Source: Vulcanimicrobiota bacterium
Lineage (GTDB): Bacteria > Vulcanimicrobiota > Vulcanimicrobiia > Vulcanimicrobiales > Vulcanimicrobiaceae
Length of the DNA: 64,000 bases
Assembly (NCBI GenBank): GCA_963820825.1
Contig: CAWGBN010000009.1
Coordinates: 261,967 to 325,966, forward strand
Direction of reading: 5' to 3'
The notes under the pieces were generated by a model, which saw only the letters and a list, made by a program, of their open reading frames with translations, searched no databases and was not told the DNA's origin. This document shows positions 40,110 through 49,871 of the stretch, one piece after another. Position numbers and translations under genes: made by a program. Numbering within the stretch: position 1 is the first letter of the stretch; every line of letters begins with the position of its first letter.

Positions 40110-40256
40110 TTAGGCTGCGCCGATTTTGAACATTTTCGTGCCGCAGACAGGGCACTTGCCCTCCACTGCCGGCCGACCGTTCTTCATCTGAATCTGGACT
40201 GCGTCTTTGATCTCGCGCTTCGCCTTGCACTTGACGCAATAGGCTTCTGCTGGCAA
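40110..40256 (-). CDS. 48 aa zinc-ribbon protein (DUF5679-like), absent from the ORF track
   Basis: GGAGG RBS and TTG; MPAEAYCVKCKAKREIKDAVQIQMKNGRPAVEGKCPVCGTKMFKIGAA with two CxxC motifs. Confidence 0.85.
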   Translation of the reverse strand: MPAEAYCVKCKAKREIKDAVQIQMKNGRPAVEGKCPVCGTKMFKIGAA

Positions 40257-40342
40257 ATCTGGTACCTCCGGGGCCTGGCTATTCCGTGGCGCCTGCGATT
40301 CCCCCGCCTAGCGCCTCACTCGTGAGGGCGTGATGGGCGGAG

Positions 40343-41233
40343 GTGGAGCCGATCTACGAGCCGCGGGAGCGAATAGCGGCCGCCCGCCTCGGACGCGGGT
40401 TCGAGGTGAGCGCCGGGGGGCTCTGGTGCTGCGGCGACCTGAGCGGGCTCGGGCGGCCCTGCGTCGCGATCGTCGGAACCCGGGCCGCGACCCCCTATGG
40501 GCGCCGCCTGGCCCAACGCTTCGCCGGCGAGCTCGGGCGCGCCGGGTGCTGCATCATCTCGGGCCTCGCGCTCGGCATCGACGCGGCCGCTCACGAAGGA
40601 GCCTTGGCCGCCGGCGCGCCCACGATCGGGGTCTTGGGCGGCGGACACCGCCGGTTCTTTCCCACCCGCAATCGCGAGCTCGCCGAGCGGATGGCGGCAG
40701 GCGGCGGAGCGGTGCTTTCGCCCTACCCGCCCCACCACGCGGCCTTTCCGCACCAGTTCCTCGCCCGTAACGCCATCGTCGCGGCCCTCGCCGACGCCAT
40801 CCTCGTGGTCGAGGCGCCGGCGCGCAGCGGGGCCCTCAATACCGCCGGCTGGGCCGCGGGGCGCATTCCGGTTCTGGCCGTGCCCGGCGACGTCGATCGC
40901 AAACACGTTTCCGGCTGCCTCGCGCTCATTCGCGACGGCGCGACCCTCGCGCGCGGCCCGGAAGATGTTCTCGAGGCAATCGGGCGGCTGAACCTCTCGA
41001 CGGCGCCGCGGCCGCCGGACGTACCCCGAGAGCCCGCCGCGCAGGCGCTGCTAGCCGCACTCGACGCCGGCGTCGGCGAGCTCGACGAGCTCGTCGCCGC
41101 CGCGGGGCTGACGCCGCCGGCCGCGCTCGCCGCGCTGACGATGCTGGAGCTCGACGGCGCAATCGAATCGCGCGGCGCAACGACGTATGCGCGGGTCGCG
41201 GCTCCACCGTACGGCGAAGAGCACGGAGCATGA
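40343..41233 (+). CDS. dprA: DNA-processing protein DprA
   Basis: VAIVGTR, IISGLALGIDAAAH, F.ARNAIVA, VVEA..RSGALNTA and a C-terminal winged helix. Confidence 0.93.
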   Translation: MEPIYEPRERIAAARLGRGFEVSAGGLWCCGDLSGLGRPCVAIVGTRAATPYGRRLAQRFAGELGRAGCCIISGLALGIDAAAHEGALAAGAPTIGVLGGGHRRFFPTRNRELAERMAAGGGAVLSPYPPHHAAFPHQFLARNAIVAALADAILVVEAPARSGALNTAGWAAGRIPVLAVPGDVDRKHVSGCLALIRDGATLARGPEDVLEAIGRLNLSTAPRPPDVPREPAAQALLAALDAGVGELDELVAAAGLTPPAALAALTMLELDGAIESRGATTYARVAAPPYGEEHGA

Positions 41234-42912
41234 ATGCTCGCGCCTCCGATGCGGCGTCACCGGTCGACGTTGCGTTACGCGAATTTGCCGATGCCGCCGC
41301 GCAAGCTGCGGCGTCGAAATATTCGCTGCCGCCGCCCGAGGTCGCGTTCGAGGCGCCGCGCCGTCCGGAGTTCGGCGACTTCGCTACCAATCTCGCCTTC
41401 TCGCTGGCGAAGAGCGCGCGCCGTTCGCCGCAGCAAATCGCCGCGGAGCTCGTCGCCGAGCTCGCGAGTCGCGCGCCGCAACTCGCAAGCACGTTCAGCA
41501 CAATCGAGGCCGTCGCCGGCTTCATCAACCTGCGGCTCGCCCCGGAGGTATGGCAGCGCGTCGTCGCGCGGATCCTTCACGAGGGCGATCGCTTCGGCGA
41601 AGCGCCGCGCAACGGCGTGCGGGTCTCGCTGGAGTTCGGAAGCGCGAATCCGACCGGCCCGCTCGTGGTGGTACAGGGACGCTCGATGTCGATCGGCGCG
41701 TCGCTCGCTTCCGCGATGCGCCTTTGCGGCTACGACGTCTTCGTCGAATGGATCATCAACGACGCCGGGGGTCAGCTCGACGCGCTCGGACGCTCGATCT
41801 ACGCGCGCTACCGCGAGATCTTCGGCGGCGGCTATCCGTTGCCGCAGGACGGATACCCGGGAGAGTATCTGATTCCGATCGCGCAACGGATCGCGCAGCG
41901 CGACGGCAATCGCTGGGTCGCGGCGCAAGAATCCGAGTGGCTGCCATACTTTTCCAAGTCCGGACGCGACGAGCTCGTCGCCGAGCAGCAGCAGACCGCG
42001 CGGCGTTTCGGCGTAAGCTACGATCGCTGGCAGAGCGAACGAGAGCTGCACGAAACGGGAAGAGTGCGCGAAGGGATCGAGCACCTTCGCCAGCTCGGGC
42101 TCACGTACGAAGCGGACGGCGCGCTCTTCTTTCGCGCATCCCAGTTCGGCGACGACAAGGATCGCGTGCTCCTGCGCAGCGACGGACGGCCGACCTATTT
42201 TTGTATGGACGTCGCTTACCATTACCAGAAACTCAAGAGCAGCGATCGCGTCGTCGACATCCTCGGTCCCGATCATCACGGTTACATCGAACGCCTTAAG
42301 GGCATGGCGGCGGCGCTAGGATACCCCGGAAAGCTCGACGTTGCGATCGTGCAGCAGATCACGCTGATGCGCGGAAACGAACAGGTGAGCATGAGCAAGC
42401 GCGCCGGAGAGATCGTCCCGCTCGACGAGATCGTCGACGAAGTCGGCGTCGATGCTGCGCGGTTCTTCTTCGTCATGCTGGCAATGGAGTCGCCGCTCAC
42501 CTTCGACTTAAAACTCGCAGTCGAGAGAGAGAGCGAGAACCCGGTCTACTACGTGCAGTACGGTCACGCGCGCATCGCCTCGGTGCTGCGCCGCGCGCTC
42601 TCCGAAGACGTCGAAGCCGCGCGCTCCACGCCGCTCGCCCCGCTCGTTCATCCCTCCGAGCTCGCGCTCGCGCGGCGGCTCTCCGAGTTCCCCACAGTCG
42701 TAAGGGGCGTCGTGCAGCATCTCGCGCCGCACCGGCTCGCACGCTACGCTCGCGACGTCGCGGCCGACTTTCATCAGTTCTACACCGAATGCAAGATTCT
42801 CACGGAGGATCGCCACGTGCGCCGCGCGCGGCTGGCGCTCGCTCTCGCGGCAAAGAACGTACTGGCGCGCACGCTCGCGCTCACCGGCGTCGGCGCACCC
42901 GACTCGATGTAA
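41230..42912 (+). CDS. argS: Arginine--tRNA ligase
   Basis: FGDFATN, EFGSANPTGPL, GDDKDRV, GPDHHGY, MSKRAG and NPVYYVQYGHAR. Confidence 0.95.
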   Translation: MNARASDAASPVDVALREFADAAAQAAASKYSLPPPEVAFEAPRRPEFGDFATNLAFSLAKSARRSPQQIAAELVAELASRAPQLASTFSTIEAVAGFINLRLAPEVWQRVVARILHEGDRFGEAPRNGVRVSLEFGSANPTGPLVVVQGRSMSIGASLASAMRLCGYDVFVEWIINDAGGQLDALGRSIYARYREIFGGGYPLPQDGYPGEYLIPIAQRIAQRDGNRWVAAQESEWLPYFSKSGRDELVAEQQQTARRFGVSYDRWQSERELHETGRVREGIEHLRQLGLTYEADGALFFRASQFGDDKDRVLLRSDGRPTYFCMDVAYHYQKLKSSDRVVDILGPDHHGYIERLKGMAAALGYPGKLDVAIVQQITLMRGNEQVSMSKRAGEIVPLDEIVDEVGVDAARFFFVMLAMESPLTFDLKLAVERESENPVYYVQYGHARIASVLRRALSEDVEAARSTPLAPLVHPSELALARRLSEFPTVVRGVVQHLAPHRLARYARDVAADFHQFYTECKILTEDRHVRRARLALALAAKNVLARTLALTGVGAPDSM

Positions 42913-42922
42913 CGCTTCGCTC

Positions 42923-44668
42923 GTGGGGGGACTGCTCGCCGCGCTCTGGCTGCTCGGCCTCTTTGCCGCCGCACCCGCGCTGCGCACGAACGCGCGTTAC
43001 GACACTCCCGATCGCCTGCGCGACGCGCTGATTCTCGGCCTTGCGATACCCTTCGCGCTCGGCCTGGTCCACGCGCTCTATCCAACGGCGTGTTGGGCGG
43101 CGCTGCTTCTCTGTATCGCAATCGGCTACGCGCGCGAACGAGCCGCAGGGAGGCCGCCCGCGCGCGATGCGATGAGGGGAATGCCGTACGTGCTGATCGC
43201 TGCGCTCGCCGCGGTGACGTGGCCGCAACTCGTGCGGCCGCTGCTCGACGGCGATTCGCTCTCGTATCATCTGCCCAATGCGGCGGCGTGGGCACAGGCG
43301 CACTCGCTTTGGACGACGACGACGCGCTACTGGTGGTATCCCCCGGCCTCCGAACTCTTCGCAAGCGCAATCTACGTCACGAGCGGACCCTTCGCGCTGC
43401 CGTGGAGCGGCTTCGGCGCGTTGACGCTGCTCGGCTTTCGCGTCTATGCGTGGGCGCGCGACGCGTCGGCACCGCGGCTCCTCGCCGACGCGCTCGCCGC
43501 CGCTACCGTCACGGCCTATCCGCTCGCAATTCAAGGCGGCACGCTGCAGAACGACGTCTGGCTCGCAGCCTTCTTTCTCGAGAGTCTCTGGCATATGCGT
43601 GCTGCCGCGGCAAACGGCGCAGCGATGCGGACGCTCGCCGTCACCGCACTGCTCAAACCGCAGGGATGGGCGCTTGCCGTCATTGCGCTCGTCGCGGGTA
43701 ATGCGCGATGGCGGCTCTGGCTCGCCGCCGCGCTGCCGCTGGGAGTCTGGTTCGCCCACGACGCGATCCTATGGAATCGCGCGATCGTCAATCCGGCGAG
43801 CACGACGTACGCGAGCAATTTCGGCTCGACGATACTCGGACACGGGTTCCCGGCGATCGCGCTGCTGCTGCGCGTCGCAGTCGCGACCTCGCCCTTCGCA
43901 CTCGTCGCGATCCTCGCGGCGCTCGCCGGTCCCGCAATTGCCCGGCGCGACCGGCGGCTCGGCTGGGCGGCGTGCGGGGCCGCACTCCTCTTTCTGGTGA
44001 TACCCTTCGGCTACGCTACGGCGGTCGCTCAACTGGCCACGGGCGCCTCGCTTCGGATTGCCGCTCCCGCGATCGCTGCGGGCGCGGTGATCTTGGCGCG
44101 TCCGGCAGTACGCGTCGCACCGGTTGCAACGGCGCTGTTGCTCGCGTCGACGCTCTTCGGCATCTCCATGGTTGTCGCCACGTTTTGGAACGATGCTCCG
44201 ACGCGCACCGTGCTCGCGGTCGCGCTCGTCGCCGTCGCCGTCGTCTGGTGGGCGCGCCCGCGCCGCGCGCGCTGGGCGGTCGCATTCGGTTTCGCCGCCG
44301 CCGCCATAGCGGCCGATCTGCTGGCGACGCGCCATACGGTTGATTTCGTCAGCGACGCGTTTCGCGTCGAGAACCGGACGACGGGTCTTTACGGGTGGGT
44401 CGCGGCAAACCGCCCCGCTGCGCTCGGCGGCTGGGGCCTCGCCATCGGAACGGTCAATCTGCTCGCGCCGCAGACGCGCACGCTCGAACTGCCGGAGCGC
44501 GATCCCTGCGCGGCCGCGCGCGCAGCGCACGTTCTGCTCGCCGCAGTCGCCGAGAACGATCGGAGCGCGGATTTCAACGCCGCGCGCTTACAGGCGGCAC
44601 GCCGTTGCGGTGCCGTGCAATACGACGACGGCATCGCGGTCGTCGCGGCGCCCGCCCTAGCGCACTAG
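42923..44668 (+). CDS. Polytopic membrane protein, probable GT-C fold glycosyltransferase
   Basis: More than 10 TM segments; D-S-L-S-Y-H in the first loop, YPP..E, ND and LLKP motifs typical of GT-C-like proteins. Confidence 0.55.
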   Translation: MGGLLAALWLLGLFAAAPALRTNARYDTPDRLRDALILGLAIPFALGLVHALYPTACWAALLLCIAIGYARERAAGRPPARDAMRGMPYVLIAALAAVTWPQLVRPLLDGDSLSYHLPNAAAWAQAHSLWTTTTRYWWYPPASELFASAIYVTSGPFALPWSGFGALTLLGFRVYAWARDASAPRLLADALAAATVTAYPLAIQGGTLQNDVWLAAFFLESLWHMRAAAANGAAMRTLAVTALLKPQGWALAVIALVAGNARWRLWLAAALPLGVWFAHDAILWNRAIVNPASTTYASNFGSTILGHGFPAIALLLRVAVATSPFALVAILAALAGPAIARRDRRLGWAACGAALLFLVIPFGYATAVAQLATGASLRIAAPAIAAGAVILARPAVRVAPVATALLLASTLFGISMVVATFWNDAPTRTVLAVALVAVAVVWWARPRRARWAVAFGFAAAAIAADLLATRHTVDFVSDAFRVENRTTGLYGWVAANRPAALGGWGLAIGTVNLLAPQTRTLELPERDPCAAARAAHVLLAAVAENDRSADFNAARLQAARRCGAVQYDDGIAVVAAPALAH

Positions 44669-44683
44669 TCGCTCGCGGCGCTA

Positions 44684-46042
44684 CTATTCCGTGTCGGGCG
44701 GTACTCCCGAGGGCGGTCGCGCGAGGAAGTATGCGGGAGGATAGCGCGCCGGAATCGGCTGGTACGCGCGCGGCTTCTGCTTGAAGTCAAAACTATCGCC
44801 GAGCGTATGGGCGCGCGTATCGGTATATCCGTGGGAGGCCGGCCCGAGCGAGCGCAGCTCGAACGTCTCCTCGATGAACTTCAGAACGCTGCCGAACTCG
44901 TAGCGCGTATGCGAAACGTAGCCGCTCTTTGCATAGGGCGAGATGATGATGCAAGGTACGCGGATCCCGAGGCCGACGAAATCGAGCTGCGGCGGCGACG
45001 CGTTGTCGTACCAGCCGCCCCAATCGTCCCACAGTACGACGATGGCCGTGTTCTTCCAGTACGAGCTCTCCCCGACCGCGTTGACGACTCCCGCAACCCA
45101 CGACGGCCCTTTGTCGCTCTGCGTGCCGGCGTGGTCGGAGTCCGCACCATCCGGAATCACCCACGATACTTGCGGGAGATTCCCGCTCGCGGCGTCGGTC
45201 AAGACGTTCGTCTGCGGAGAGATGACGTTCCGCTTCCAGTCGGGGCCGAAGCGCACGCTCCGGATCGCCGCAAAGGGCGACCAGAGCCGGCCGAGCGCGT
45301 AGTTGACGTTCGGCACGTAGTACTTCCAGCTTATCCCGGCGCCGTCGAGCGTCTCGGCCATCGTATCGTACTGCGTGAAGCACGGAAACGGTCCGCCGCC
45401 GCTCTCGACCCGCTGCGCGTTCAGCAAGAGGGTCTGCGTACCGCCCGGCGCGTCGCATCCCCACGGCTGACCGGTCGGGCCGTCGACTTCGGCTTTGTCG
45501 GGGCTGAGATTCGTCGTGCTCGCGATCAAGTCGATGTGGGCCGTGAACGACGGGCCGAACATCGTCGGAAACATGTGATCGGCGAGCGCGTACTCGCGCG
45601 CCATCGTCCAGTACGGTTGGACTTGATCTCGCTTCAGGTACGCGTAGGTATAGGTTCCGGCTGGCTTTCCGTTGGTATAGAGGCTCTTGTCGAACCCGTT
45701 CATTCGGCCGCCGTTCCAGTCGGCCATCGCATTGCTCCAGTTATGAAAGATATCGGGGCCTTTGAAGGTGATCGCGCGCAAGCGCACCTTCGTCCCGGTA
45801 TGCGTATAACCGTACATCGCCGTGTCGGCGCCTTTGAAACCGGCGAAGATGTCGTTGAAGGTGCGATTCTCCTGAATGATGACGACGATATGCTTGAGAT
45901 ACTTCGACTCGGGTCCGTGCTGCGGCGGTCCCTGCGTCGGCGGCGGAAAGGTCGGCGGCGACGAGACGCCTCCCCCGCCACCCGAGGAGCACGCGCTCAG
46001 CGCGAGCGCGACGAGTGCGATGGCGACGAAGCCGCGGACCAC
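44684..46042 (-). CDS. Secreted phosphoesterase / phospholipase C family lipoprotein
   Basis: LSAC lipobox, HIVVIIQENRTFND, GPSF.AH, WDDWGGWYD and GIRVP.IIISPY. Confidence 0.9.
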   Translation of the reverse strand: MVRGFVAIALVALALSACSSGGGGGVSSPPTFPPPTQGPPQHGPESKYLKHIVVIIQENRTFNDIFAGFKGADTAMYGYTHTGTKVRLRAITFKGPDIFHNWSNAMADWNGGRMNGFDKSLYTNGKPAGTYTYAYLKRDQVQPYWTMAREYALADHMFPTMFGPSFTAHIDLIASTTNLSPDKAEVDGPTGQPWGCDAPGGTQTLLLNAQRVESGGGPFPCFTQYDTMAETLDGAGISWKYYVPNVNYALGRLWSPFAAIRSVRFGPDWKRNVISPQTNVLTDAASGNLPQVSWVIPDGADSDHAGTQSDKGPSWVAGVVNAVGESSYWKNTAIVVLWDDWGGWYDNASPPQLDFVGLGIRVPCIIISPYAKSGYVSHTRYEFGSVLKFIEETFELRSLGPASHGYTDTRAHTLGDSFDFKQKPRAYQPIPARYPPAYFLARPPSGVPPDTE

Positions 46043-46045
46043 GGC

Positions 46046-47119
46046 TCAACTCTTCTCCAACTGCGTCGTAATCCACGGCGCCATAAAGTAGCGCCAGAGA
46101 ATCTTGATCAGCGCGGCGACCGGAATGCCCAAGATCAACCCGGGTATCCCGAAAAGCTCGCCGCCTGCGAAGACGGCGAACATCGCCGCGATCGGCGAGA
46201 CGCCGACCGATTGCCCCATGATCTTGGGAACGAGGACGTTGTCGCTGATCCGCGCCATGCCGAACATGATCACCTGCACCCAAACGATCATCCAAAGACC
46301 TTGGGGCGCGCACATCGGTACCGCGATGAGCTCGGCGATCAGCATCCCGATGATCGGAATGGCGTAGGCGACGCCCGATATAATTCCGATGATAATCGAA
46401 AACTTGAAACCGAGAATCGCGCAGGCAATCGCGATGACCGCGCCGGTAATCGCGCTCACGACGACCTGACCCGAGATATAGTTGCTGAAGAGCTCGGTCA
46501 CCTCGGCGGCGAGCTTGCGCGCGGTATCGCGCCGCTTCGGCGGAAACATCGAGGCAAAGGCCTCGGCAATCTGCGTGTCGTTGAGCAGAAATAAGACCGA
46601 GAGGATGATCGCCGAGAAGGCGATGAAGAAGCCGGTCGCGGTGTTGAAGGCGATCGCACCGATCGAAGCGATCGCCGTGCTGACGAACGTGGAGACCTGC
46701 GCGCCGCCGATCTTCCCCATGTTGAATCCGGAGATGGGAATCTTCAGCGTTGGGAAATGCTGATCGAGCGACGTTTCCAGCGAGAGGAGCCAATTCTGCG
46801 CGGCGGTGGCGAAGCCCGGAATATTTGTCACCAAAAGCTGCGTCTGACTGATCGTGAGCGGGACGACGACGACCAAAAAAAGCGCTATCACGATCAAGAG
46901 CCCCGCGAAGACGATTCCAATCGCCAATGGCTTGGGCATGCGCCGCTCGAGCCGCGCCGCGATCGGCCGGACGCCGAACGCGATAAAGGCGGCGATGACG
47001 AAGATCGAGAGCGTCCGCGGAATGTGACGCGCGATCCAAATGGCCAAAATGGCGAGCGCGACGGCGCCGGCGATCGTCCCGATCCGGCGCACGAGGTCGC
47101 GAGCTACAGGGGCTTGCAT
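46046..47119 (-). CDS. AI-2E family transporter
   Basis: Multiple TM segments, YISGQ, IPIIG, DNVLVPKIMG.SVG.SP and GGELFG..G.ILGIP. Confidence 0.9.
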   Translation of the reverse strand: MQAPVARDLVRRIGTIAGAVALAILAIWIARHIPRTLSIFVIAAFIAFGVRPIAARLERRMPKPLAIGIVFAGLLIVIALFLVVVVPLTISQTQLLVTNIPGFATAAQNWLLSLETSLDQHFPTLKIPISGFNMGKIGGAQVSTFVSTAIASIGAIAFNTATGFFIAFSAIILSVLFLLNDTQIAEAFASMFPPKRRDTARKLAAEVTELFSNYISGQVVVSAITGAVIAIACAILGFKFSIIIGIISGVAYAIPIIGMLIAELIAVPMCAPQGLWMIVWVQVIMFGMARISDNVLVPKIMGQSVGVSPIAAMFAVFAGGELFGIPGLILGIPVAALIKILWRYFMAPWITTQLEKS

Positions 47120-47583
47120 AGCAGACGCCGCTCCGTCCGGTAGCCGCTGCGGTCGTAGAGACACCGCGCCGGCTCGTTCTCTTCGGTCACCATGAGCGCA
47201 ATATACGGTAAACGGCGCCTTCTTGCCTCATCTTCGGCCGAAGCCAGCAGCGCCGCGCCGGTCCCGTTCCCACGAGCGCCCGGCTCGACGGCCATATAGG
47301 CGACGAAGCCTTGTTCGAGGAGGGTCACCTCATCGGGAAGCTGGTCGAGCATCAGCAGAAAGCCGGCGCGCTCGCCGTCGCACTCGGCGATCAGCGTGAC
47401 GTGCGACTGGCTTTCGACGACGTCGCAGAGGCGATCGAAGGCGGTGCGCGCGTTCGCCTCGCTCGCGGGGCGCAACGAGGCAACGCTCGACATCACGCAT
47501 CGGCGTCCCAGTTCGGTGACGAAGGCTCGGTCCTCGGCCGCCTCTGCCGCGTTACGTGCGCCGCGCCGGACCGAGATCGTCAC
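47104..47583 (-). CDS. GNAT family N-acetyltransferase
   Basis: MAVEPGARGNGTG acetyl-CoA motif and N..A..LY...GY; GTGA overlap with the pyrE stop. Confidence 0.85.
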   Translation of the reverse strand: MTISVRRGARNAAEAAEDRAFVTELGRRCVMSSVASLRPASEANARTAFDRLCDVVESQSHVTLIAECDGERAGFLLMLDQLPDEVTLLEQGFVAYMAVEPGARGNGTGAALLASAEDEARRRRLPYIALMVTEENEPARCLYDRSGYRTERRLLCKPL

Positions 47584-48185
47584 GAACGCCGCGAACCGGG
47601 ATCGGCCATTGGCTCGCCGGAACGGCACATCGGGCACTCCGATTCGACGTACGAGCGCAACGGCAGATCGAGCAGCGTGTAGATCACGATGCAGTCATCC
47701 GCAGCCGCGAGCGCGGCGAGCGAGTCGAAGGACGAAGGGCCGCGCGTCACGATAACGCCGAGGCCGAGAATCGCCGCGCCGTGGCTGCGCACGACGCCGA
47801 TCGTCTCGCGGACCGAGAGCCCGGTCGTTACGACGTCCTCAACGATCAGCGCGCGATCCTGTGCGGTGAGGGTGAAGCCGCGACGCAAGACGGGCAGGCC
47901 GTTCTCTTTCTCGACGAAGATCGCTTTGGTGCCGAGCTGCCGCGCGACTTCGTACGCAAGCAGAATGCCGCCGACGGCCGCACCAACCACAACGGTCGGC
48001 GCGAGCGCCCGAAACCGGCCGGCGATGGCGCGCGCGACCGGCTCGAGCAGCACGGGATCTTCGAGAATTCGAAACTTTTGAACGAAACGGTCGCTATGGC
48101 GGCCCGAACTCAATCGGAAGTGTCCCTCGAGCAGTGCGCCGCGCGCGGCGAGCGCGCTTGGAAGATCGATCTCGCCCGCGCTCAT
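47580..48185 (-). CDS. pyrE: Orotate phosphoribosyltransferase
   Basis: GHFRLSSGRHS, VEDVVTTG PRPP motif and C-terminal CPMC...PGSR. Confidence 0.94.
   Translation of the reverse strand: MSAGEIDLPSALAARGALLEGHFRLSSGRHSDRFVQKFRILEDPVLLEPVARAIAGRFRALAPTVVVGAAVGGILLAYEVARQLGTKAIFVEKENGLPVLRRGFTLTAQDRALIVEDVVTTGLSVRETIGVVRSHGAAILGLGVIVTRGPSSFDSLAALAAADDCIVIYTLLDLPLRSYVESECPMCRSGEPMADPGSRRS
47694..47732 (+). repeat. Degenerate REP-like repeat, copy C, inside pyrE
   Basis: GTCATCCGCAGCCGCGAGCGCGGCGAGCGAGTCGAAGGA shares its ends with copies A and B. Confidence 0.5.
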
Positions 48186-48892
48186 GCGCGCACGGACATC
48201 TCTTCGAGAATCGCTTTCGCGGCGGCGACCGGATCGGCCGCATCGACGATCGGACGTCCCACGACGAGGTAATCGGAACCCGCCTCGACGGCTTGTGCCG
48301 GCGTCGTTACTCGTTTCTGGTCGCCGTGGACGCTGCCAGAGGGGCGAATGCCCGGCGTCAGGGTGAGAAAATCGTCGCCGAAGAAGCGCTTGAGATCGCG
48401 AACCTCGTGCGCGCTGCAGACGACGCCGGTACAGCCGGCATCGCGCGCCAGCGCCGCCAGGCGGATTGCGTTCTCACCAGGGCCGCCTTGGAAGCCGAGT
48501 TCGTTGAGATCTTCGGGAGCGATGCTAGTCAGCAGCGTCACCGCGAAGACGTGCGGCGTCGCGACGCCGAGCTCGGCCGCGCGCGCCTCCGCCGCTTCGA
48601 CGGCGGCCCGCATCATCTCGAGTCCGCCGACGGCGTGAACGTTGACGATGTGGACGTTGGGACGCACGAGTTGACGGCACGCGGCGCCGACCGTACGCGG
48701 GATGTCGTGAAGCTTGGCGTCGGCGAAGATCCGCACGTCGCGGGCTTCGCAGTAGGAGAGGATTCGCTCGGGATAGCCGTAGAGCGCTTCGATGCCGATC
48801 TTGACGATCACGTCGAGCTCGTAGAGCATGTCGACGAGTTCCTCGGCCCGCTCCGCGTTCGGCACGTCGAGCGCGACGATCAACTGGGCCAT
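48182..48892 (-). CDS. pyrF: Orotidine-5'-phosphate decarboxylase
   Basis: LIVALD, DAKLHDIPRT, VTLLTS, TPGIRP, DQKR and VVGRPI. Confidence 0.95.
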   Translation of the reverse strand: MAQLIVALDVPNAERAEELVDMLYELDVIVKIGIEALYGYPERILSYCEARDVRIFADAKLHDIPRTVGAACRQLVRPNVHIVNVHAVGGLEMMRAAVEAAEARAAELGVATPHVFAVTLLTSIAPEDLNELGFQGGPGENAIRLAALARDAGCTGVVCSAHEVRDLKRFFGDDFLTLTPGIRPSGSVHGDQKRVTTPAQAVEAGSDYLVVGRPIVDAADPVAAAKAILEEMSVRA

Positions 48893-48908
48893 TTCGGAAC
48901 CTCGGACA

Positions 48909-49871
48909 TCAACCTTCGTCTCCTTCGTATTGATGCGGCGTCGCGAATCCGACGTTCGCCTGACCGACGATCTGTTCGATTCGCTCGAGACCGCGACGAG
49001 CGAGATAGGAGTGCAATCCGGCAACGATTCGCTCGGGAATTCGCGGATCGGTGAAGTTCGCCGTTCCAATCGAGATCGCCGTTGCTCCCGCCAAGAAGAA
49101 CTCGAGCGCATCGGAGAGCGTTTCGATTCCGCCCTGACCGACGATCGGAATCTTCACCGCTTGCGCGACCTCATAGACGGCGAGCACCGCGATCGGGCGG
49201 ATTGCCGGGCCGGAGAGACCGCCGGAGACGTTACCCAGGCGCGGTCGCCACGACTCGACGTCGACCGCCATACCGCGCACGGTATTGATGACGGCGAGCG
49301 CGTCGGCACCCGCGGCTTCGGCGGCGCGCGCGACCGTACGGATGTCGGTCACGTTCGGCGAGAGCTTGACGATGATCGTCTTGTCGGTCGTCGAGCGCGC
49401 GGCCTCGACGACGCGGGCCGTCAAGCCGGCGTCGCATCCGAAGGTCTCGCCCTCACTCGCGACGTTCGGGCAGGAGACGTTGAGTTCGACCGCGGCGATC
49501 TCGTCGCGCGCCGCAAGGCGTTGGCAGACGTATGCGTAGTCGTCGACCGAGAAGCCGGCGACGCTGCCGACGATCTTGCACGGACGATCGGCATATTTCT
49601 GGACCTCGTGCGCGAGGTACCAGTCGAGGCCGGGATTCTGCAATCCGATCGCATTGAGCATTCCGGCCGGCGTGTGAACGATCCGCGGCACCGGATTGCC
49701 GAGGCGCGGAAGGCGCGTGACGCTCTTGAGCACGATGGCGCCGATTCTCGAGAGATCGGCGAAGGGCGCGAACTCCTCGCCGGTGCCGTAGCAGCCGCTG
49801 CCCATGAGCGTCGGATACTCGAGCTCGAGCCTTCCCAGCTTCGTCGCCAGACTCGGGTGGGCGTTCACCAT
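48909..49871 (-). CDS. pyrD: Dihydroorotate dehydrogenase family 1B, catalytic subunit
   Basis: GMLNAIGLQNPG, ELNVSCPN, VKLSPNVTDI and GGLSGPAIRP. Confidence 0.95.
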   Translation of the reverse strand: MVNAHPSLATKLGRLELEYPTLMGSGCYGTGEEFAPFADLSRIGAIVLKSVTRLPRLGNPVPRIVHTPAGMLNAIGLQNPGLDWYLAHEVQKYADRPCKIVGSVAGFSVDDYAYVCQRLAARDEIAAVELNVSCPNVASEGETFGCDAGLTARVVEAARSTTDKTIIVKLSPNVTDIRTVARAAEAAGADALAVINTVRGMAVDVESWRPRLGNVSGGLSGPAIRPIAVLAVYEVAQAVKIPIVGQGGIETLSDALEFFLAGATAISIGTANFTDPRIPERIVAGLHSYLARRGLERIEQIVGQANVGFATPHQYEGDEG

